DNA of 64,000 nucleotides. It comes from Bacilli bacterium (GTDB lineage Bacteria; Bacillota_I; Bacilli_A; ML615J-28; CAG-313). Positions 18,918 to 27,770 of the stretch are shown here, piece by piece. The first letter of the stretch is position 1, and each line of letters opens with the position of its first letter. A model generated the notes under the pieces. It was not told the DNA's origin and did not search any database. It saw nothing but the letters and a program-made list of their open reading frames with translations. Location of the stretch: NCBI GenBank assembly GCA_900752975.1, contig CAADXH010000018.1:124695-188694 (forward strand). Reading direction: 5' to 3'. The translations under genes were made by a program, and so were the position numbers.

Positions 18918-20717
18918 TTAAAATTCTGGATTTACAAATTTAACTGAGTCATCAGGTTGTACAGTTAATTCATATAGACAAAGAATATTTTCTTTAGAAA
19001 TATCTCTTACTGCATAACCATTCATACCCAATACTTGAATTTTAGCATTTGCTTGCTTTTCACATTCTTGATTTGCTTCTATTGTATAGACTGGTTTTAC
19101 AATAGCAGTGTCCCCATCATAGTCCATCCCCATTGCACCTATTAATCCGTTACAAATAGAAAGAGTATCTTCAAACAGAGGAGATGTATTTGAATTTAAA
19201 TCTTTTGCTTCGATAACAGGATACCATTTGTAGAGTTTCATATTATCTTCGAATCCAGATTGAACAACCATAGGACAAGTTTTTACAGTAGATTTGATTC
19301 TAACTTTAGATGGATACTGATTTAAGAATGAGTCAATAGGGAAACGTGTAATTAATACCATCTTATCTTCAGTAACATCACATGCTGCCATATAAAACAA
19401 ATCACACCACGTAAGTCCTCTTTCTATTTTTAAATCAGCTGAGTATTCCTTTTTTGTTTTATTATAATCTTTAGCATTGTTTAATCTATATCCACCAAAA
19501 AACATACCAAATTTTAATGACTTTAAATCAGCTTTCTTTCCAGTAGAAGTTTTTACTTCGTTATTTTTAACTCGCCTTGCAAATTCTTCTTTATCTACAG
19601 GAAGTTCTATTGGAATAAAACGATTAGAATAACCATGAATAAAACGTTCAATCTGTTTCTCTAGTTCTACATCAGAGAATGCTATCTGATAATCGACCAA
19701 GGGAACATAGACAAATTCATTTTCATTAATCGCAATTGGATATTCCATTTTACCAGCAAATCTATTTTCGAAGAAACGTCTTAACCAGAATACAATAAAT
19801 GGTTTGAAACAACACAATGCTGCTGCTAACGGTAATGCAGCATGATTCATATCAATCATTAAATCATCTATTTCTTCTCCTGATACATCTGGTGCAGACA
19901 TTACCAAACGTGCGGAATAGTCTACTGTTTTATACAATGTACCACGTTTAATTAGACCCATTTTACCAGGAAGATTTGCTGGGGTTTCCTGTCCATTAAT
20001 TGTAGTACCGTTACCAAACCAGTCAAAGATTTGAAGTAAGATATTCTGTACTCTCGCTTTAGTAACTTCACTTAAAGTCAAGCCAAAACCAGCAGTCTCT
20101 TTCAATGATTTTGTAGCCATAATCAGACTACTATATAACTTATTAATTTCACCCACACCAATACCGTTATCTCTAGATTCAACGTCACGATAATATGGTG
20201 GAATTACAATGTACTTTGTAATCCATAATTGGTCTTTGCTCTTTTGAATAAAATCGATTCTTTTATTACGAGAAGATGAATCATTCTTCTTAAATTTTAT
20301 TTTACTAAAGTTCTTTCTTAACCAATCAATACCTGTATTACCATCATCAGACTTCACTAATTCTCCGTTACTATCAATGATAAAATACTCAGTACCATTT
20401 ACAATACTTTCAATTTTATTATTTAACTTACATAAAGTCTTATATACAATTGGATGGAAAAAAGAACCTCCTAAATCAATATAAGCAAAGATACCAGAAC
20501 GTTCTGCTTTTGTAATACCAAAGATTTCATTTGATAATAAACCATCTTCTGTTGGTGTTGGACCATTGAAAAATACTGGGTTAGTAACTTCTTTTAGCAT
20601 ATTCACTTTAACAAACTTTTCCATATCCAAAAGAGAAGTTTTTAAGTGTTGTGTACTTGCTTCTGTAAAAAAATCAGTATCGTTTTTAACGATATTAACT
20701 GCTTCATCTATAATCAT
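18918..20717 (-). CDS. multisubunit RNA polymerase beta-prime subunit, N-terminal fragment (contains the catalytic DYDGD loop)
   Basis: VLITRFPIDSFLNQYP....GAMGMDYDGDTAIVKPVY aligns with bacterial beta-prime NRAPTLHRLGIQAF...YNADFDGDQMAVHVPL. N-terminal GLLSNEIFG...IDLG.SFFHPIV resembles the clamp region but lacks the zinc finger. SD GGAAGGAG precedes MIIDEA. Confidence 0.65.
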   Translation of the reverse strand: MIIDEAVNIVKNDTDFFTEASTQHLKTSLLDMEKFVKVNMLKEVTNPVFFNGPTPTEDGLLSNEIFGITKAERSGIFAYIDLGGSFFHPIVYKTLCKLNNKIESIVNGTEYFIIDSNGELVKSDDGNTGIDWLRKNFSKIKFKKNDSSSRNKRIDFIQKSKDQLWITKYIVIPPYYRDVESRDNGIGVGEINKLYSSLIMATKSLKETAGFGLTLSEVTKARVQNILLQIFDWFGNGTTINGQETPANLPGKMGLIKRGTLYKTVDYSARLVMSAPDVSGEEIDDLMIDMNHAALPLAAALCCFKPFIVFWLRRFFENRFAGKMEYPIAINENEFVYVPLVDYQIAFSDVELEKQIERFIHGYSNRFIPIELPVDKEEFARRVKNNEVKTSTGKKADLKSLKFGMFFGGYRLNNAKDYNKTKKEYSADLKIERGLTWCDLFYMAACDVTEDKMVLITRFPIDSFLNQYPSKVRIKSTVKTCPMVVQSGFEDNMKLYKWYPVIEAKDLNSNTSPLFEDTLSICNGLIGAMGMDYDGDTAIVKPVYTIEANQECEKQANAKIQVLGMNGYAVRDISKENILCLYELTVQPDDSVKFVNPEF

Positions 20718-20822
20718 ATATGTTTCTCCTTCCATATTAATTTATAAGATTGTTAAAGAGACAAAAAAAGAAAGCCTAACTCACGTCAGTCTTTCTTTAA
20801 TCCTTACAGATGATGCTTTTGA

Positions 20823-21065
20823 TTAGGGTTCATCATAATAATCTTCATCATCGTCATAGTAATCTTCTTCATAGAAGTTACCAGTTGCTTTCTCAACCTC
20901 CCTTTCGATATATTCTTTATAATCAGAAACAGCCTTTTCAGCTGCTTCTTTGGAGTTGTATTCTCCAATAAGAATAAAATAATCTTCTGGAAGAATACTA
21001 GAGATGCAAATTTCATCGTCGAAATCTTCAGTTGTGTAAGCATAAAAAGTTGTATTTGCGTTCAT
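20823..21065 (-). CDS. small acidic hypothetical protein
   Basis: Immediately downstream of the conserved leader copy A; ends ..EEDYYDDDEDYYDEP. Confidence 0.5.
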   Translation of the reverse strand: MNANTTFYAYTTEDFDDEICISSILPEDYFILIGEYNSKEAAEKAVSDYKEYIEREVEKATGNFYEEDYYDDDEDYYDEP

Positions 21066-21232
21066 GGTAATAGCCTTTTCCCTTCACCCTGGGAACATAG
21101 AATTTCTACGTCTGATGCTTGAGGTTTCAGGTATGCATCAACCTGTTTTCGATATAGAGTAATATTACTATCTCTATTCACTATAATTATATATAAATGA
21201 ATATACATAGTTTTACAAATATATACGCCTTA
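21066..21232. promoter_or_regulatory. bidirectional promoter + conserved 5' leader cassette, copy A (inverted repeat partner of 34505-34672)
   Basis: ~170 bp that is near-identical (with one 10-bp indel) to the reverse complement of 34505-34672. The leader half (21066-21160) abuts the ATG of 20823-21065. The promoter-motif half (21176-21219, ATTCACTATAATTATATATAAATGAATATACATAGTTTTACAAA) faces 21288. Confidence 0.65.
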
Positions 21233-21287
21233 TATAACCCACAACATAACTATAAAATTTTAATATAAAAGATTGGAGTTTTGATAT

Positions 21288-21482
21288 ATGGCTTTAGTAT
21301 GTGAAGAATGTATGAAAGGTGCACCTTACGCTTTCTGTTGCAAAAGAGAATGTGGAGAACATGAATTTTGTAGAGGTTGTACTTATCGAAAATCATTAGA
21401 AGAAACTCAGTGTTTCGATGATTCAATTGGATCAGAAGATTGGTTAAAAAAGTCTTCATCACTATTATCTGATTCATACTAA
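21288..21482 (+). CDS. small Cys-rich hypothetical protein (9 Cys in 64 aa)
   Basis: MALVCEECMKGAPYAFCCKRECGEHEFCRGCTYRK...; SD TGGAG. Confidence 0.5.
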   Translation: MALVCEECMKGAPYAFCCKRECGEHEFCRGCTYRKSLEETQCFDDSIGSEDWLKKSSSLLSDSY

Positions 21483-21504
21483 AATTTTATAAGGAGGTAA
21501 TAAT

Positions 21505-22062
21505 ATGAAAAAGCCTATTTATTATTACGCAGAAGAAACACCTCGGTTTGATGGGTATCATGTAGGACCACCTTGTCCTCCACCATATCCACCGTGCCCA
21601 CCTTGTCCACCACCGAAGCCACCAGTTCCACATTATCACGGTAAAGTAAGTGTTGTTGGACGTACTGTACTTACAGTTAAATATATTGATTGTCATGGAC
21701 ATTACCAAACATTTGATATTAGAGATGGTGAAACATATGAAATCAAAGCAGTATCTTCTACAAGAGGGATTTGTACATTTGCCGGTAGAATTGTGGATTT
21801 TGAATGTAATAAAGGAATCGAAAAGTTAATCGATAAACCACATGAAATCACAATCTCTGCTCTTATCGTAGATTATTCCGATGCATATGAAAGTAAACTA
21901 CTGAGATTATATGTAAATAACATTATCTCTATTAAACCAATTGTATGCTTTGATGGAAGAATGGATTATCCGACTCAGAAAGATTGTGATTGTCATGAGA
22001 GACCTTGTCCTCCCCCACCACATCATCCTGAACACATTTATGATCCATTCGAAGATATCTAA
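21505..22062 (+). CDS. Pro/Cys-rich hypothetical protein (PPCPPPYPPCPPCPPPKPP)
   Basis: SD TAAGGAGGT; N- and C-terminal CPPP-type repeats. Confidence 0.6.
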   Translation: MKKPIYYYAEETPRFDGYHVGPPCPPPYPPCPPCPPPKPPVPHYHGKVSVVGRTVLTVKYIDCHGHYQTFDIRDGETYEIKAVSSTRGICTFAGRIVDFECNKGIEKLIDKPHEITISALIVDYSDAYESKLLRLYVNNIISIKPIVCFDGRMDYPTQKDCDCHERPCPPPPHHPEHIYDPFEDI

Positions 22063-22113
22063 TAAATGGTGAAAGTTTTTACTTTCACCATTATTTATGA
22101 AAGGAGTTGCGTT

Positions 22114-22350
22114 ATGGAATTTTTTGATAATGTCAAAATGAATTCAAACCAATTTATTGACAGTAGATTCGAATTGGTTAGTTCATTACCAACTTCTAAT
22201 CTATTTGTAGGAAGATTAGTATTTAATAGTACTGACAATACACATTATTATTATAATGGAACTGACTGGGTTTCTATTATAGATTCTAAAGTATTTAATG
22301 ATACTATCGGTAATATTTCTGATGTTCTCGCATCTGTTGTGGAGGTGTAA
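22114..22350 (+). CDS. hypothetical protein
   Basis: SD AAGGAG precedes MEFFDN... Confidence 0.5.
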   Translation: MEFFDNVKMNSNQFIDSRFELVSSLPTSNLFVGRLVFNSTDNTHYYYNGTDWVSIIDSKVFNDTIGNISDVLASVVEV

Positions 22351-22353
22351 TTT

Positions 22354-23835
22354 ATGCCTACTATTTCAGATCAATTGACAACATTGATTGTTCAAAAGAA
22401 TAATCTAGTTGATAATTTAAACACAAAGGGTGTAACTGCATCAAGAAGTGAAAAACTCAATACTTTAGTTCCTAAAGTATTACAAATAAATTCTGGTAGT
22501 GGATTAGATACATCAGATGCTACTGCTACATCTAATGATATTTTATTAGATAAAACTGCTTATGTAAAAGGTAGTAAAGTTACAGGTTCAATCAAGTTAA
22601 AAGCAACTGCTACATATGTTCCATCAACAGAGGATCAGATTATATCTTCTGGTCAATATCTTTCCGGTAATCAAACTATAAAAGGTGATGAAAATCTTTT
22701 AGATGAGAATATTAAAACAGGTGTAACTTTATTTGAAAAAGTTGGTACTTTTACTTCAGATGCTACCGCTGCATCTAGTGATATCTTATTAAATAAAACC
22801 GCTTATGTGAATGGAGAAAAGGTAACTGGTATAATTCCATCTAAAGATAAACAAACTTTTACTCCATCTACTGAAAATCAGATTATATCTTCTGGACAAT
22901 ATCTTTCTGGAACACAAACTGTTCTTGGAGATAGTAATTTACTTCCAGAAAATATTAAAACTGATATTACAATATTTGGTGTTACAGGTACTCATGCAGG
23001 TGCTGATGAATTAACTGAAGCAACCGCAACAGAAACTGATATTAAATCAGGTAAGATTGCCTATATAAATGGTGGAGAAAAAGTAACTGGTAATGCATAT
23101 ACTGTAGAAAATGAAACCGGTATTACACCTGGCTTAAAAGATCAATTCTTACAAGCTGGATTTTATAATGGTATTTCTATTTCAGGAGATACTGAACTCG
23201 TTCCTGGAAATATTAGAAAAGGTGTAGAAATATTTGGTATTACTGGTATATATGAAGGTAGTGGCGGAAGTTCTTCTAGTGAACAAGTAGTATTTGAATG
23301 CGATGTTGAGGCATCAGAAGAAACAATTGTTTCTAATTGGAAAGGTTTAATTAAAACAAAAATGGGAACGGCTTATGCTGATATTGGAACTTATGTCTAT
23401 AATACTATATCAGCAATGGCATATAATACTAATAATAGTGATCTAATTAGTGGTATATCATATAAAAACGATAATAGTGATGATAACTACGGATTCTACT
23501 TTACAACACCAATTAATATCACTTCTAGTACAGTATTATTATATATTAGAGGATATGTGTCTTCATGGATTAACACAACATTGAATATTAATTTTATTCA
23601 AGCTGATTCAGTTGATGATATTGAAACCAAAATTAATAATAATGATTTTGTATACTCGTATCAGATACAATTTCCAAATACAATCAATTCTACACATAAT
23701 AATTTAACTAAACTAATTCTATATTTCAACTTAGAAAATATTGCATTGTCTGGAAATTATTATCTATATATTAATACACCACATACAGGTGGTAATGAAG
23801 CAATAATAAATAAGATTGTAATTATAAACAAATAA
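22354..23835 (+). CDS. tail-fibre-like protein with internal ~70-aa tandem repeats
   Basis: Repeats of D(T/A)SDATA.S.DILL.KTAYV.G.KVTG...PSTE.QIISSGQYLSG.QT. Ser/Thr/Gly-rich. Confidence 0.45.
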   Translation: MPTISDQLTTLIVQKNNLVDNLNTKGVTASRSEKLNTLVPKVLQINSGSGLDTSDATATSNDILLDKTAYVKGSKVTGSIKLKATATYVPSTEDQIISSGQYLSGNQTIKGDENLLDENIKTGVTLFEKVGTFTSDATAASSDILLNKTAYVNGEKVTGIIPSKDKQTFTPSTENQIISSGQYLSGTQTVLGDSNLLPENIKTDITIFGVTGTHAGADELTEATATETDIKSGKIAYINGGEKVTGNAYTVENETGITPGLKDQFLQAGFYNGISISGDTELVPGNIRKGVEIFGITGIYEGSGGSSSSEQVVFECDVEASEETIVSNWKGLIKTKMGTAYADIGTYVYNTISAMAYNTNNSDLISGISYKNDNSDDNYGFYFTTPINITSSTVLLYIRGYVSSWINTTLNINFIQADSVDDIETKINNNDFVYSYQIQFPNTINSTHNNLTKLILYFNLENIALSGNYYLYINTPHTGGNEAIINKIVIINK

Positions 23836-23846
23836 GGAGGTATAAT

Positions 23847-24704
23847 ATGAAAAGAATCTATAATAATGATATATCTCCTATAGAGATTACTAAAGTAACA
23901 GAAACAATTTATAAAATTTCATTTAGAGAAAACATCACTGCTATTACTACAAGTAAAGTTAGTTGTGATGAATATGAAATTTTTACAGAAAACTCTACTG
24001 AAGAAACAATTAATAAATTTGTAGAAACTAATAAAGAAATTCTATTAGAATCTGCTATTACACAAGATAAAATTAAAGAGAATCAAAATAAAATTGAAGA
24101 TATGCAAACTAGTCTTGCTAATACTGATTATAAAGTATTAAAGAATCTAGAAAACTTTATGATTGGTATTCCATTTGAAAGCGATCTATCTTCAATCTGT
24201 GCAAATAGACAATTGATGAGAGATTCGATTAATAATATTCAACAGGATATTTCTGATGATAATGATTTGCTAACACAGGCAAAACAAAGAAAAATTAATG
24301 AAGTTAGTCTTATTTCTCAGTCTATGATTATTAATGGTGTAGAATATGGTGGTAAACGATATCGCTTAAATACAACTGATCAAATTAATATATCTGCATT
24401 AAGTGCTATGGCACAATTAGGTAATAAAGTTCCTTATCATGCTGATGGTGAAATTTGTAGAATCTTTGAGCCTGAAGAGATGCTAGCATTAACCAAGACT
24501 GCAACTAGTTGGGTTGTTTATCATACAACATACTTTAATCTTTTAAAGCATCAGATTCTAGAATATGATAATATAGATGATGTCAATAAAGTATATTATG
24601 GAATTGAATTAAAAGACGAGTATCAAAAAATTATAAATACAATTGTATCTAGTAATAGTAAAGCAACTACTACAGGTGGTGATACAAATGAAAGTAATGA
24701 ATAA
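23847..24704 (+). CDS. hypothetical protein
   Basis: SD AAGGAGGT; 285 aa. Confidence 0.55.
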   Translation: MKRIYNNDISPIEITKVTETIYKISFRENITAITTSKVSCDEYEIFTENSTEETINKFVETNKEILLESAITQDKIKENQNKIEDMQTSLANTDYKVLKNLENFMIGIPFESDLSSICANRQLMRDSINNIQQDISDDNDLLTQAKQRKINEVSLISQSMIINGVEYGGKRYRLNTTDQINISALSAMAQLGNKVPYHADGEICRIFEPEEMLALTKTATSWVVYHTTYFNLLKHQILEYDNIDDVNKVYYGIELKDEYQKIINTIVSSNSKATTTGGDTNESNE

Positions 24705-25125
24705 AATATTTGAATATATTGTATTATCTTGGATTGGCGGGTCTACTTATGTAGCACTAGAAGTTTTATTTAGAGGTAGAAGTCATTGGACAATGTTTAT
24801 CTTAGGAGCGATTTGTTTTATTCTGATTGGATTAATTAATGAGATATTACCTTGGAAAACACCAATCGAACTTCAAGCCCTATTAGGTGCAGGATGTATT
24901 ACAATATGTGAATTCATAACCGGATGTATTGTAAATTTATATTTAGACTGGAATATATGGGATTATTCTAATATGCCGTTTAATATTCTAGGACAAATTT
25001 GTTTACCATTTACAATACTCTGGTTCTTTATTAGTATTCTCGCAATTGTATTAGATGATTGGATACGCTATATTATGTTTGATGAAGAAAAGCCTCATTA
25101 TATCTCTATCTTTAGAAAGAGGTGA
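24688..25125 (+). CDS. small membrane protein (about 4 predicted TM segments); holin-like candidate
   Basis: SD AGGTGGTGA; hydrophobic stretches such as IVLSWIGGSTYVALEVLF and MFILGAICFILIGLINEIL. Confidence 0.4.
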   Translation: MKVMNKIFEYIVLSWIGGSTYVALEVLFRGRSHWTMFILGAICFILIGLINEILPWKTPIELQALLGAGCITICEFITGCIVNLYLDWNIWDYSNMPFNILGQICLPFTILWFFISILAIVLDDWIRYIMFDEEKPHYISIFRKR

Positions 25126-25129
25126 TATT

Positions 25130-25816
25130 ATGCAAGTATTAACAAAACTTGACATGACTAAAAACCAAATTTTAAATGTGGTTATTCATAAAGTGGATTC
25201 CGATCCTTCTGTGTCTTCTAAAGATGAAGGCATGATGATTTATAATCGAATTGAAGAAAAATTAAAATACTTCAATGGGAAAGAATGGATTGTCATTGGA
25301 ACAGGTAGTGGAGGAACTACAATTAAGATTGATAGTGTTATTAATGACCAATCTACAAATGATAATGCTGCTGGTTCTAAAGCTGTAGTAGATTATGTGA
25401 CTCTAGCTGTATCTGAATTCAGTGGTATTGTATCTTCGATTAAAAAGATACAAGGAAATTCTGTACTTAAAATTATGTCTGATGGAACAATTGTTGGAGT
25501 TAAGATTGATTCCGAAGTAACAGAATCTTCAAACAATTTAGTTACATCAGCAGCGGTTTATAGTGCAATTAAAACAATTGCTGGTACTGTTACAAAAGCA
25601 GATTATTCTTGCCCTACTATTACTGGAACAGATAACAAATGTGTATGGGAAATTGAACTAGAACATACAACACCAGCAGTTGTTGTACAAGTTTATAATA
25701 ATTCAAATGAGATGATATTTGCTAATATAAAAGATGAAACGAATAAAATTACAATTACATTCAATGGTATTACTAGAATATCTTCTGGAACGTATCATGC
25801 TATTATTATATATTAA
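25130..25816 (+). CDS. hypothetical protein (fibre/structural-like, Ser/Thr-rich)
   Basis: SD AAGAGGTGA; 228 aa. Confidence 0.45.
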   Translation: MQVLTKLDMTKNQILNVVIHKVDSDPSVSSKDEGMMIYNRIEEKLKYFNGKEWIVIGTGSGGTTIKIDSVINDQSTNDNAAGSKAVVDYVTLAVSEFSGIVSSIKKIQGNSVLKIMSDGTIVGVKIDSEVTESSNNLVTSAAVYSAIKTIAGTVTKADYSCPTITGTDNKCVWEIELEHTTPAVVVQVYNNSNEMIFANIKDETNKITITFNGITRISSGTYHAIIIY

Positions 25817-25830
25817 AGGAGGTATTAATT

Positions 25831-26838
25831 ATGAATAATCAAATTCCGACTGTATTCATTGATTCTGATAAACCTGAATTAGTTTGTGGAATTAAAACTT
25901 GTGATTGTCCAAAACCGCAACCACCAGAACCTAAGAAATATCATCAACATCCTACTGTAATTAATAGACCGTATTCTGATATGCCAGTTCCTGGTCCATA
26001 TGTTCCTGATTATGAGACTCTTGGTGCTGAACCAGCATCTCCAATTCCAGTACCAAATACATACTTAGCTCCTGGTCATCATTGTCATAATCATCATAAA
26101 CCAGAATGTCATTGTCACCCAGACCATAACATTCACCCATTTGAATGTCATGATGATGGTCCATATGTAACAAAGCATGAATTAAATCATATTCTTGCTC
26201 ATATCGCAGATGCAGATATCTTCAGAGATTTATCAGAAGAAGGTACTACTGTTTCTGTAGGTGGTATTAAAAAGGGCACTAAATTAGACTCTATGACATT
26301 TGCCAGATTTGTAAAGCTAATGATGTATCCAGACCTCAATATGGATGATGAAGAATATGCTTGTGAAACTGATAGTGGTAGAACTGTATTAAACTCTACA
26401 GTTAAAACTGCTATTGGTGATTTAAAAGTAGGAGATTCTTTAAAAGGAATGACAGTCTCTCAAATTCTAGAAGCTATGTTATGTGGTAAGAATAAATGGG
26501 GTACTTATTTATGGAAGTCTGATGTAACGTCTGTTGAAGCAGGTACTACTACATTAGATGCCGAAGCATTATTCCCTAAGCTTGTAGAAGATTATGATTG
26601 GCGTCATACTTATGAATTGTTAGTGGTTTGTAAGAATGAAGATAAAGAATCCGAAGACAAATTTGTTTATAATGAATTAATAGCAAATATTTATAATAAA
26701 GACCAAAAAACTAATGTATCAATTGAAGGAGTTCCAGCTGACTTGAAATGGAGTTATAATCCTGAAAGTAAGAAGATTACACTTCATACAGATACAGAAA
26801 TCACTACAGCAATTGCTGTTGTTTTAGTAAGAAGATAA
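25831..26838 (+). CDS. His/Cys/Pro-rich hypothetical protein
   Basis: TCDCPKPQPPEP ... GHHCHNHHKPECHCHPDHNIHPFECHDD; SD AAGGAGGT. Confidence 0.55.
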   Translation: MNNQIPTVFIDSDKPELVCGIKTCDCPKPQPPEPKKYHQHPTVINRPYSDMPVPGPYVPDYETLGAEPASPIPVPNTYLAPGHHCHNHHKPECHCHPDHNIHPFECHDDGPYVTKHELNHILAHIADADIFRDLSEEGTTVSVGGIKKGTKLDSMTFARFVKLMMYPDLNMDDEEYACETDSGRTVLNSTVKTAIGDLKVGDSLKGMTVSQILEAMLCGKNKWGTYLWKSDVTSVEAGTTTLDAEALFPKLVEDYDWRHTYELLVVCKNEDKESEDKFVYNELIANIYNKDQKTNVSIEGVPADLKWSYNPESKKITLHTDTEITTAIAVVLVRR

Positions 26839-26924
26839 AACATTAGGAGGGATTTTTATAATCCCTCCTTCCATTTTTACTTCTTTAACATTTCAATAAT
26901 TATAAATGTAAGGAGATGGTATTA

Positions 26925-27647
26925 ATGGATACGCCTAGCTTCATTAAAGTAAAAGGTGATTCATACTTATTTGCTAATGATGGTACATTCAAATTCTATG
27001 TACCTGAAAAGTATTTCTCCAACAAACTTGCTGTATTTGAAGGAGAATGCATTAATTTATTCGGAATGTTATCTTATGCTATCTTTGATAAGAATGACAA
27101 ACCGATTGGAAAATTAAGAACTTTTAAATTCCCAATCTCATTTCTAACAAAACCAGATGAAATTGAAATTGCAAAACAAATTAAGCTTACAACTAATAAC
27201 AAACCTGATGATTATAGAATTTTAAAATATCATAAAGATGGTGTTATTGTTGTAAATTATAATATTGCAGAAGATGCTGAAAATATTCAGCGTTGGTATT
27301 CTGCATTGGACACTGGTGCTTTACCAAATAACTTGCCGTATAATGAATTACAAAACTATTTCATTAGAAATATACAGTTAACTGGAAATAAGTACAGTGT
27401 TTCGTTACAATTAATCGGTGTCGTTGTTAGTGAACTATGTCGCTCTAGAAAAGACATTGATAAACCATTTAGATTGGAAGATTCGAATGATATGAACGCT
27501 TATCAATGGATGTCAATTAAGGATATTCCTAGAAGTACATCTCCATTTACAGCGTTACAAGCAGAAGAGTGGGATAAAGCTGTTATCTCTTCGATTACAG
27601 TAGATTCTCAAAAGGATTCTCCTCTAGAGAAAATTATGATGGATTAA
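26925..27647 (+). CDS. hypothetical protein
   Basis: SD TAAGGAG precedes MDTPSF... Confidence 0.5.
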   Translation: MDTPSFIKVKGDSYLFANDGTFKFYVPEKYFSNKLAVFEGECINLFGMLSYAIFDKNDKPIGKLRTFKFPISFLTKPDEIEIAKQIKLTTNNKPDDYRILKYHKDGVIVVNYNIAEDAENIQRWYSALDTGALPNNLPYNELQNYFIRNIQLTGNKYSVSLQLIGVVVSELCRSRKDIDKPFRLEDSNDMNAYQWMSIKDIPRSTSPFTALQAEEWDKAVISSITVDSQKDSPLEKIMMD

Positions 27648-27770
27648 GGTGGTTATATTTTAACATATTGATAAAGGTCATAGCTAACGCTATAGCCATA
27701 AATACCACATTAAATAACATATAAGATTAACACACACATTTTTAATTTATTTTATAAAGGAGGATAAAAC

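Noticed and set aside
20566-21043. ORFs 20566-20826 (+) and 20804-21043 (-)
   Set aside because: They overlap the RNAP beta-prime gene start and the small acidic gene 20823-21065 in other frames, with no SD. Spurious.
22500-23000. Tandem DNA repeats as a possible CRISPR array
   Set aside because: The repeats are about 210 nt long, are in frame and protein-coding (tail-fibre-like), and have no short spacer/repeat periodicity. No CRISPR array was seen anywhere in the window.
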